A DNA stretch of 36,055 nt. Source: Myxococcota bacterium (GTDB lineage: Bacteria > Myxococcota > Myxococcia > Myxococcales > Myxococcaceae). Each line of letters starts with the position of its first letter. The stretch's first letter is position 1. The stretch covers positions 1-36,055 of the forward strand of contig JBMORE010000015.1 in the NCBI GenBank assembly GCA_049322255.1. Direction: 5' to 3'. Both the position numbers and the translations under genes were made by a program. The notes under the pieces were generated by a model. The model was not told the DNA's origin. It worked only from the letters and a program-made list of their open reading frames with translations, and made no database searches. Shown piece after piece: positions 1 to 7,390 of the stretch.

Positions 1-2
1 GG

Positions 3-239
3 GTGGACTGGGCGGTGTACGAGGCCGCGCGCGACTTGGTGGAGGGCAAGCTCTCCGGGGGAGACATCGCCTTGGGCCTGGCTGAAGGCGCGGTGACCTA
101 CGCCGACGTCACCGTGGACTTTCCCGGCAAGACCGAGGCGCTCGCGAAGGTCGAGGCGCTCGAGAAGCGAATCATCGCCAAAGAAATCTCCGTTCCTTCC
201 AACCCGGCGGCGCTCGAAGCATTCGAGTTCTCGCCCTGA
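3..239 (+). CDS. BMP-family (basic membrane lipoprotein) ABC transporter substrate-binding protein, C-terminal part (5' truncated by window)
   Basis: Ends ...LGLAEGAVTY...KRIIAKEISVP, typical of the BMP/PnrA C-terminus; directly precedes a CUT2-type ATPase and two permeases. Confidence 0.8.
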   Translation: MDWAVYEAARDLVEGKLSGGDIALGLAEGAVTYADVTVDFPGKTEALAKVEALEKRIIAKEISVPSNPAALEAFEFSP

Positions 240-1741
240 TCTCCCTCTCCCACATCTCCAAGCGCTTCGGCGGTGTGGTCGCGCTCGACGACGTCTGCCT
301 CGACCTCCACCCCGGCGAGCGGTTGGCGCTGGTGGGTGAGAACGGCGCCGGCAAGTCGTCGCTGATGAATGTGCTCTACGGCCTCTATCAGCCGGACGCG
401 GGTGAGCTCTTCTTCGACGGTATGCCAGTGCGCCTTCGCAGCCCACGCGATGCGATCGCCCGCGGAGTGGGAATGGTGCACCAGCACTTCATGCTCGTAC
501 CCACGCTCTCCGTGGCGGAGAACGTGGTGCTGGGCATGGAGCCCACCCGACGCGGCCTTTTCGACCTCGACGCGGCGAACGCGCAAGTCGAAAAGACCTG
601 CCGGCGCTTCGGCTTCCGGCTCGATCCGCGCGCGAAGGTGGAGTCGCTCACCGTGGGCTCGCAGCAGAAGGTGGAGATCGTCAAGGCGCTGCACCGGGGA
701 GCGAAGACGCTCATCCTCGACGAGCCGACGGCGGTGCTCACGCCGCAGGAGGCCGACGAGCTCTTCGCCGTCACCCGTGAGCTCTCCGCCACCGGGCACA
801 CCGTGGTCTTCATCACCCACAAGCTCAAGGAGGTGCTCTCGGTCGCCACCCGCATCGCTGTGATGCGCCGCGGAAAGAGGGTGGGAGAAAGACAGCCCAC
901 CCAGGTGTCTGCCGAAGCCCTCGCAGAGCTGATGGTGGGTGACAGCGGCCCCCTCTCCCCCTGGGAGAGGGCGGGGGTGAGGGGCGTCAGTACACCTGGT
1001 ACCCCTGTCCTTTCCTTGGAAGAGCTTTCGAGCGCCCCGCTTCAGCAGATCTCGCTCGAGGTCCACTCAGGCGAAATCGTCGGCATCGCCGGTGTCGACG
1101 GCAACGGGCAGCGCGAGCTCGCCGAGGTGGTGACCGGCCTGCGTCCCTGGACGAGCGGGCGGCTGACGCTCTCGGGCGAAGCGCTCTCGTCGCTGACTCC
1201 GGGCGAGGCGCGGCGGCGCGGGGTGGCCCACGTCCCCGAGGATCGGCTCTTGCGCGCGGTGGTGGGCGCGATGACGGTGGAGGAGAATTTTTCCCTCGGC
1301 CGGCAAGCTTCGCCGCCGTTCGCCCGCCACGGGCTCATCGATTTTCCCTCCCGCCGTGCCCGCGCGCAGGCGTTGATCGCCGACTATGACATCCGCCCGG
1401 CCAACCCGGGCGCGCAGCTCAAGGATCTCTCCGGCGGCAACCAGCAGAAGGTGGTGGTGGCGCGCGAGCTCGACACCCAGCCGCGGTTGTTGGTGGTGGT
1501 GCAGCCCACCCGCGGGCTGGACATCGCGGCGGTGGCGCAAGTGCACGCGAGGCTGCGTGAGGCGCGGCACCGAGGCACCGCGGTGCTGCTCGTCTCCCTG
1601 GACCTCGAGGAGGTCTTCGCCCTCTGCGACCGCGTCTACGTCCTCTATGACGGGCGCGCCTCGAGTCCCTTGTCCCGCGCCGAGCTCGACGAGCGCAAAG
1701 TGGGCCGCATGATGCTCGGCACCGAGGCCACCCATGGTTGA
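236..1741 (+). CDS. Nucleoside/sugar ABC transporter ATP-binding protein (two fused ABC domains, CUT2 type)
   Basis: Walker A GENGAGKS, MVHQHFML, ILDEPT, second signature LSGGNQQK, QPTRGLD. The conserved N-terminus ISLSHISKRFGGVVALD extends upstream of the ORF-track start (275) to a CTG at 236 overlapping the upstream TGA. Confidence 0.92.
   Translation: MISLSHISKRFGGVVALDDVCLDLHPGERLALVGENGAGKSSLMNVLYGLYQPDAGELFFDGMPVRLRSPRDAIARGVGMVHQHFMLVPTLSVAENVVLGMEPTRRGLFDLDAANAQVEKTCRRFGFRLDPRAKVESLTVGSQQKVEIVKALHRGAKTLILDEPTAVLTPQEADELFAVTRELSATGHTVVFITHKLKEVLSVATRIAVMRRGKRVGERQPTQVSAEALAELMVGDSGPLSPWERAGVRGVSTPGTPVLSLEELSSAPLQQISLEVHSGEIVGIAGVDGNGQRELAEVVTGLRPWTSGRLTLSGEALSSLTPGEARRRGVAHVPEDRLLRAVVGAMTVEENFSLGRQASPPFARHGLIDFPSRRARAQALIADYDIRPANPGAQLKDLSGGNQQKVVVARELDTQPRLLVVVQPTRGLDIAAVAQVHARLREARHRGTAVLLVSLDLEEVFALCDRVYVLYDGRASSPLSRAELDERKVGRMMLGTEATHG
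951..985 (+). repeat. REP-like palindromic element in frame inside the ABC ATPase gene
   Basis: CCCTCTCCCCCTGGGAGAGGGCGGGGGTGAGGGGC matches the intergenic copy at 17296-17330 at 33/35 nt; translated as (P)LSPWERAGVRG in the inter-domain linker. Confidence 0.8.
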
Positions 1742-2912
1742 GCCGGCCGTCGCGACCACGCCTGCCAGCGCCCCGCCTCCGCCCCGCCCGGCGCCGGCCG
1801 CCGACACTTGTCCGCCGCGCCGAGGTCTCTTCCACCCCGCGCTCCCCTCCCTTCTCTCCGTCAGTCTCTCGCTCCTTTTGTGCTTCGTCGCCATCGCCCT
1901 CACCCGCGGAAGCTTCTTCACCGCCCTCGAGGCCTACGCGGCGATGCTCTGGGGTGGGCTGGGCGACTTTCCGCGCCTGTTCGCTGGAGCTGGCGCCGAC
2001 GTCCTCTTCCGTCCCTGGGGAGAGTCGGCGGCCAAGGCGTCCATCCTCGCCCTCACCGGGCTTTCGGTGGCGGTGGCCTTCCAGGTGGGGCTGTTCAACA
2101 TCGGTGCCCAGGGGCAAATGACGGTGGGTGCCCTCGCCGCGGCGGTGGTGGGCGCGCAGCTGTCCTGGCCCGCTCCTCTGCATGTGGGAGCGTGCCTCGC
2201 CGCCGCCGGCGTGGCCGGAGCCCTCTGGGGCCTTCTTCCCGCCACGCTCAAGCTACGGCGCGGGGTGCACGAGGTCATCTCCACCATCATGCTCAACTGG
2301 ATCGCCGTCAGCCTGGTGGAGAACTGGCTGGTGGTGGGCCCTTTGCGCGCCACCGCCGGCCAAGACCTCTCCCTCGCCGGCACCGCGCAGATCCACGACA
2401 GCGCGCAATTGCCGCGCCTTCTGGGCGACGTTTCCAGGCTGCACGGTGGTTTCCTCCTCGCCCTCCTCCTGGCCGTCGTCGTCTGGTTCTGGCTCACCCG
2501 CACCCGCTTGGGCTTCGAGACACGCGCGGTGGGCCTGGGCCGCGAAGCCGCCAGGACCGCGGGCATGCCGACGTCGGCGAGGGTGCTGCAAGCGATGGCC
2601 GTCGCCGGAGCCCTCGCCGGCTTGGCGGGGGCGGTGTTGGTGCTGGGCACCGAATTCAAGTACCCGGCCACCCTCGGAGCGCCCTACGGCTTCGACGGCA
2701 TCGCCATCGCCCTCATCGGGCAGACCCACCCCTTGGGCGTCTTTCTCACCGCCTGCTTCTTCGGCGTCTTGCGCGCCGGCGGCACGCGCATGCAGCTGTT
2801 CGGCGTACACAAGAGCTTCCCCGAGCTCATCCAAGGGCTGGCCCTGCTCTTCATCGCCGGGCGGATGATTTGGACCTGGCTCCTCACCCGGAAAAAGGCA
2901 CGCCGTGCTTGA
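1734..2912 (+). CDS. Nucleoside ABC transporter permease 1
   Basis: Multi-TM; GLFNIGAQGQ, GVHEVISTIMLNW and YGFDGIAIAL motifs of the BPD_transp_2 nucleoside permeases. Confidence 0.92.
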   Translation: MVEPAVATTPASAPPPPRPAPAADTCPPRRGLFHPALPSLLSVSLSLLLCFVAIALTRGSFFTALEAYAAMLWGGLGDFPRLFAGAGADVLFRPWGESAAKASILALTGLSVAVAFQVGLFNIGAQGQMTVGALAAAVVGAQLSWPAPLHVGACLAAAGVAGALWGLLPATLKLRRGVHEVISTIMLNWIAVSLVENWLVVGPLRATAGQDLSLAGTAQIHDSAQLPRLLGDVSRLHGGFLLALLLAVVVWFWLTRTRLGFETRAVGLGREAARTAGMPTSARVLQAMAVAGALAGLAGAVLVLGTEFKYPATLGAPYGFDGIAIALIGQTHPLGVFLTACFFGVLRAGGTRMQLFGVHKSFPELIQGLALLFIAGRMIWTWLLTRKKARRA

Positions 2913-3834
2913 GCTCATCGAGGCGCTGGTTTTCTCCACCTTCGAGTACGCCCCCGCGCTGGTGTTCGCGGCGTTGGGCGCCGTCCTCTCCGAGCGCGCG
3001 GGGGTCATCAACGTGGGGGTGGAAGGCATGATGCGCGCCGGCGCCTTCGTCGCCGCCGTGGCCGCCTTGGGTCTGCCCACTCCCTTGGGCGTGCTCGCCG
3101 GCATGCTCGCCGGCGCCGCCCTGGCCGCGGTGCACGCTTACCTGTGCATTCGCTGGAAAAGCGAACAGGTCGTCTCCGGCATGGCCATCAACCTGGTGGC
3201 GCTCGCCGCCGGCACCTTCCTCCTCGAGGTGCTCTTTTCGCCCACCGGCACGCCCTCCATCCCCCAGCTGTCTCGCTGGAGCTTGGGGCCCATCGCCCAG
3301 GTGCCCCTTTTGCGCGCGGCCGCGGGGCACTCGGCGCTCAGCTACCTCGCGCTCGTGCTTCCCTTCCTCTTCCATCTCGTCTTGTGGCGCACCCCGGTGG
3401 GCCTGCGCATTCGCGCAGTGGGAGAGAAGCCGGCGGCGGCGGCGACGCTGGGGGTGGGGGTGGCTCGCCTACGCTACGCCTGCGTCTTGGGCAGCGGCCT
3501 TCTTTCCGGCCTGGGAGGGGCGGCGCTCTCCACCTCTACCCTCGACCGTTTCGAGCACCACATGCCCGCCGGGTTGGGCTTCATGGCGGTGGCGGCGATG
3601 GTCTTCGGCCGCTGGACGCCCCTGGGCGCGTTCGGCGCGGCGGCCTTCTTCGCCTTCGGCAACGCCCTGCGCATCGGGCTCGCCTCTTCGGCCCCCGTGG
3701 TGCTGGAGGTCCTTCCCCAGGGGTTTCTGCTCGCCCTCCCCTACGCCCTCACCCTGCTCCTGCTCACCCTGTGGGGCAAACGCAGCGCGGCACCAGCGGC
3801 CTTGGGAGCTCCGTACGATCCAGAAACCCGTTAG
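2905..3834 (+). CDS. Nucleoside ABC transporter permease 2
   Basis: SERAGVINVGVEGMM, GLRIRAVGE, AGLGFMAVAAMVFGRW, LPY and the C-terminal APAALGAPY motif. Confidence 0.92.
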   Translation: MLELIEALVFSTFEYAPALVFAALGAVLSERAGVINVGVEGMMRAGAFVAAVAALGLPTPLGVLAGMLAGAALAAVHAYLCIRWKSEQVVSGMAINLVALAAGTFLLEVLFSPTGTPSIPQLSRWSLGPIAQVPLLRAAAGHSALSYLALVLPFLFHLVLWRTPVGLRIRAVGEKPAAAATLGVGVARLRYACVLGSGLLSGLGGAALSTSTLDRFEHHMPAGLGFMAVAAMVFGRWTPLGAFGAAAFFAFGNALRIGLASSAPVVLEVLPQGFLLALPYALTLLLLTLWGKRSAAPAALGAPYDPETR

Positions 3835-3858
3835 CAGGGTATCGTTCGAGTCGCGAAC

Positions 3859-5187
3859 GTGACCCTCCCTCCCCAACGCCCGGGTCAGGCCGAGCTCCTT
3901 CCCCGGTACCTCTTGATCGCTCCCCTCATCGCGGGCAAGCGGGTGCTCGAGATGGGCGCCGTCGCCACCACGGCCGGGCTGACCGCTCACTTCCTTTCGC
4001 TGCGGGGTGCCAAGCACGTGCTCGCGCTCGACCCTGACTCTGACGCGATTTTTCGCGCCTCGAAGACGGTCGGCAGCCCCACGGTGCAGTTTCGCGTCGA
4101 CAACGTCTCCCTCGTCGAGCCGGGCACCTTCGATTTCGCGCTGGTCGCCGACCTCACCTCCCTCGACGAGCCGATGGTTCTGGCCCTGCGCCGCGCCCTC
4201 ACCAAGTCAGGCCGCCTTTTGGGAGGCATTCCCCACGCCAAGGGCATCGGCCGTCCCTTGCGCGCGGGCGCCTACCCCACCCGCGGGCGCATGGCGACGT
4301 TGTTCTCCCCTCACTTCGCCAGCGTGCAGGTGCTCAAACAGCGGCCGGTGGCCGGCTACCAGCTCTCCCTGGATGACGGCAGCACACCCACTCTCGATGA
4401 CAGCCTGGCTGGCACCATCGAGCCGGCGTATTTCGTGCTCATCGCCGGGCCCACCCCCGTACAACTCGCCGCGCGCACCTGGGTACAGCTGTCTTCCGAG
4501 GTTCTCGACCGCGGCGACACCTCGACCGCCGCCGTGGACCCCAAGCTTCGACGACTCGAAGCCGAGCTGCAGGAAGCGCGCATCGCCCTGGTCGACCGCC
4601 AAGCCGAGGTGCACGAGCTGCAGCGCAAGCTGGCCTGGACCGAGCAGCCCACCCGCGTCGAGAACAGCCGCGGCAATGACAAGGAGCTCGCCGGTCTGCT
4701 TCAGAGCACCCACGAGCAGCTGCGGCGGGCTGCCGACGAGCTCAAGGCTTCACGCGCTGCCGAGGCCAAAGCCAGAAACGAGGCCGCCGCCTTGCGGGTG
4801 CAGCTCGAGCACCAGAACGCCGCCGCGGCCAACGCGCTCGACAAGGAGCGCGCCCGCCGCAAGGAGCTCGAGGCGTTGGTGACCGCCTTGGAGAACGACC
4901 GTGCGCGCTCTGGGGAGCTGACCAAAGCGCTGGAGGCGGAACGGTCGAAGTCCTCCCAGCTCAGCTCGGCGCTCAACGCCGACCGTGCCCGGCTCAAGGT
5001 GATGGAAGCCGCCAAGAGCGCCGCCTCCTCCGCGATGGAGAAGACCGCCGCCAAAGTCAAGGAGCTCGAATCGCAGCTCGAGCAAGAGCGCAACGAAGCG
5101 AAAGGCCGCCGTGCAGGCCTGGAGCTACAGCTGTCCCACCTCACCACCCAACTCGACGAATTGCGCGCCGCCCTCGCCGAGAAGTAA
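3859..5187 (+). CDS. Class I SAM methyltransferase-like domain fused to a long C-terminal coiled coil
   Basis: GKRVLEMG...GAKHVLALD...FDFALV...LRRALTKSGRL is a degenerate Rossmann MTase pattern; about the last 210 aa are Ala/Glu/Leu/Arg heptad-rich. Confidence 0.65.
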   Translation: MTLPPQRPGQAELLPRYLLIAPLIAGKRVLEMGAVATTAGLTAHFLSLRGAKHVLALDPDSDAIFRASKTVGSPTVQFRVDNVSLVEPGTFDFALVADLTSLDEPMVLALRRALTKSGRLLGGIPHAKGIGRPLRAGAYPTRGRMATLFSPHFASVQVLKQRPVAGYQLSLDDGSTPTLDDSLAGTIEPAYFVLIAGPTPVQLAARTWVQLSSEVLDRGDTSTAAVDPKLRRLEAELQEARIALVDRQAEVHELQRKLAWTEQPTRVENSRGNDKELAGLLQSTHEQLRRAADELKASRAAEAKARNEAAALRVQLEHQNAAAANALDKERARRKELEALVTALENDRARSGELTKALEAERSKSSQLSSALNADRARLKVMEAAKSAASSAMEKTAAKVKELESQLEQERNEAKGRRAGLELQLSHLTTQLDELRAALAEK

Positions 5188-5196
5188 TTTGCCTCC

Positions 5197-5967
5197 ATGG
5201 CCATCGACAAGCTCAAACCCCGGCCGGTCATTCCCCAAACCGCGAGGGTGAAAGACGTCGCGCTGCCTACCCCGCCGCCGAACGCGACCTCCATCGTCCC
5301 CGACATCTTCGCCAAGAAAGTGCAGCCGGCGAATTTGCAGCTCGATGGCGCGCGTGCCCCCGACGCGGGTCGCAAGGAGCTGGCGCACCTGCAAGCCAGC
5401 CGCCCCCTGTGGGGCGTGTCGGACAACGCCGAGCTGACTGCGGTGGGCAACCCCTTCCTCATCATTCCCTTTTCCACCGCGGCCGAGGTGGCGGCGACGG
5501 TGTTCAAGCGCGACTTGAGCGCGGGCTACGACCTGGCCGTGCCGCAAAACGCGGTCGCCTTGGGCGAAGACCGGGTGTTCGTCGCTTCCTTACGCCGCCG
5601 CGACGGGGCCGAGGCGCCGCAGTCGCGCGCGCTTCTGGTCGACTCGCAAGGCGCGCTGCGGGGGGCGGAGTGCCGCACCCCCGAAGAGGTGAAAGACCTC
5701 TTCACCCGCGCCGGCTCTCTGGGCGACCGCGTGAAGATCGACGCCTTCGGAGCCGACACCTTTCAAAAAAGCGGCGAGCGCATTTCGTTGGTGAGCGTCA
5801 AGCGGGGCAAGGAGAGCGCTTTCGAAGCGACCCTCTCTTTGGGCAAACAAGAGGCCACCGTTCGTCTCAACAACTTCGGGCTCGCGGTGCCGCCGGCGAA
5901 GAACCCCTCCGCGCTGGACATCGTGCTCGCTCGTCTCCGGCTCGACGCGTTCGAGGCCGTGGCTTAA
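5197..5967 (+). CDS. Hypothetical protein
   Basis: 256-aa ORF with GC-rich third positions, packed between neighbours (9 and 10 bp gaps); no family recognised. Confidence 0.7.
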   Translation: MAIDKLKPRPVIPQTARVKDVALPTPPPNATSIVPDIFAKKVQPANLQLDGARAPDAGRKELAHLQASRPLWGVSDNAELTAVGNPFLIIPFSTAAEVAATVFKRDLSAGYDLAVPQNAVALGEDRVFVASLRRRDGAEAPQSRALLVDSQGALRGAECRTPEEVKDLFTRAGSLGDRVKIDAFGADTFQKSGERISLVSVKRGKESAFEATLSLGKQEATVRLNNFGLAVPPAKNPSALDIVLARLRLDAFEAVA

Positions 5968-5977
5968 GAAGCGCGCG

Positions 5978-7315
5978 ATGGCGACGGTCTGGTTGGTCGA
6001 CGTCGACGAGCCGGTGCTGGCGGCGAGCTTGACGGCAGCGGGACACGTGGTGTCGCGCCACTCGGTCAAGAGCGCTCTTTCCGACACCGGCCCCAGCGCC
6101 GACGTCGCCTTGGTGCGGCCCAACGGCCAGCCACCTCCTCTCTTGGCGCGCCAGCTGGCCGCTCACGCGCCCGCCACCGCATGGGTGATGGTGCTCGGCG
6201 AGGTCACCGCGCAGAAGGCAGGCGCCATTCTCGACGCGGGCGCGGCCGACGTGTGCCTCGAGCCGCTTTCGCCGCCCACGGTGGAAGTGCAAATCGCCCG
6301 CCTGGTGCGCGCACAAAAGAGCCGCGCCCGCTTGGGCCACTGGGAGGAAAGCGCCGCCCGCGAAGGGCAGCTCACCGAGGTGATTGGCCAGTCGGCGCCG
6401 ATGCGGGAGCTGCTCGAGCGCGTCTCCCGGGTGTCGCGGCGCAGCGCCCAGGGGCCGCCGCTCTCGGTGATGCTCACCGGCGAGACCGGCACCGGCAAGG
6501 GGCTGTTGGCGCGGGTGCTGCACTACTCCAGCCGCCGCCGCGAGGGGCCTTTCGTGGAGCTCAACTGCGCGGCCCTCCCCGCCACCCTGCTCGAGGCGGA
6601 GCTGTTCGGCCACGAGCGCGGCGCTTTCACCGACGCCAAGACCGCGCGCATGGGCCTTTTGGAGGCCGCCGACGGGGGCACGCTCTTTCTCGACGAGGTG
6701 AGCTACCTCCCTCCCGAGGGACAGGCGAAGCTGCTCACCGTGCTGGAGACGCGCCGGCTGCGCCGCCTGGGCAGCTCGGTGGAGCGCCAGGTCGACGTGC
6801 AGATCGTCGCCGCCTCCAGCCACGACTTGAACCAGCGGGTGACGCAAGGACAGTTCAAACCCGAGCTGCTCCACCGGTTGACGGCACTGTGGTTCCAGCT
6901 CCCACCGTTGCGCGCGCGGGGCGACGACGCGGTGCTCCTGGCCGAGCGTTTCCTGACGCGCATCACCCAGAGCTACCAGTTGCCTCCCAAGCGGCTTTCC
7001 GACGAGGCGCGGGAGGCGATTCGCACCCATGCCTGGCCGGGCAACGTGCGTGAGCTGTACCACGCGCTCGAGCGGGCCGTGCTCTACGAGGAGCGCGCCG
7101 AGGTGGCGGCTTCCGACCTGGCGCTGCACCCGCAGCCTTTACCGGCGCCTGCGGAGGAGCTTCCGCCCGAAGGGCTGGCGGCGATCGAGCGGGCCGAGCG
7201 CGCCCTCATCGAGCGCGCCCTCGCCCAGGAGAAGGGCAATGTCTCGCGTGCCGCCGCGCTGCTCAAGGTGACCCGCGACGTCTTGCGCACGCGCATCGAG
7301 AAGTACGGGCTGTAG
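5978..7315 (+). CDS. Sigma-54-dependent enhancer-binding protein (degenerate receiver, AAA+, Fis HTH)
   Basis: GETGTGK, ELFGHERGAFTDA, LFLDEV, WPGNVREL; C-terminal GNVSRAAALLKVTRDVLRTRIEKYGL. Confidence 0.92.
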   Translation: MATVWLVDVDEPVLAASLTAAGHVVSRHSVKSALSDTGPSADVALVRPNGQPPPLLARQLAAHAPATAWVMVLGEVTAQKAGAILDAGAADVCLEPLSPPTVEVQIARLVRAQKSRARLGHWEESAAREGQLTEVIGQSAPMRELLERVSRVSRRSAQGPPLSVMLTGETGTGKGLLARVLHYSSRRREGPFVELNCAALPATLLEAELFGHERGAFTDAKTARMGLLEAADGGTLFLDEVSYLPPEGQAKLLTVLETRRLRRLGSSVERQVDVQIVAASSHDLNQRVTQGQFKPELLHRLTALWFQLPPLRARGDDAVLLAERFLTRITQSYQLPPKRLSDEAREAIRTHAWPGNVRELYHALERAVLYEERAEVAASDLALHPQPLPAPAEELPPEGLAAIERAERALIERALAQEKGNVSRAAALLKVTRDVLRTRIEKYGL

Positions 7316-7390
7316 GCCTTACGGCTTTACAAGCTCTTCGCGCCGGCACTAAAGGAGTCGGCTCTTCAATAGGGACACGGAGAGCAAAAC

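Noticed and set aside
98..1066. 322-aa minus-strand ORF and similar long antisense ORFs (5867-7129, 9781-11529, 12287-13687, 19670-21046, 22935-24287)
   Set aside because: They lie opposite genes with clear family motifs; typical shadow ORFs of high-GC DNA with no motifs of their own
7316..7390. Possible sigma-54 (-24/-12) promoter downstream of the activator gene
   Set aside because: CCGGCAC is present but there is no correctly spaced TTGC element
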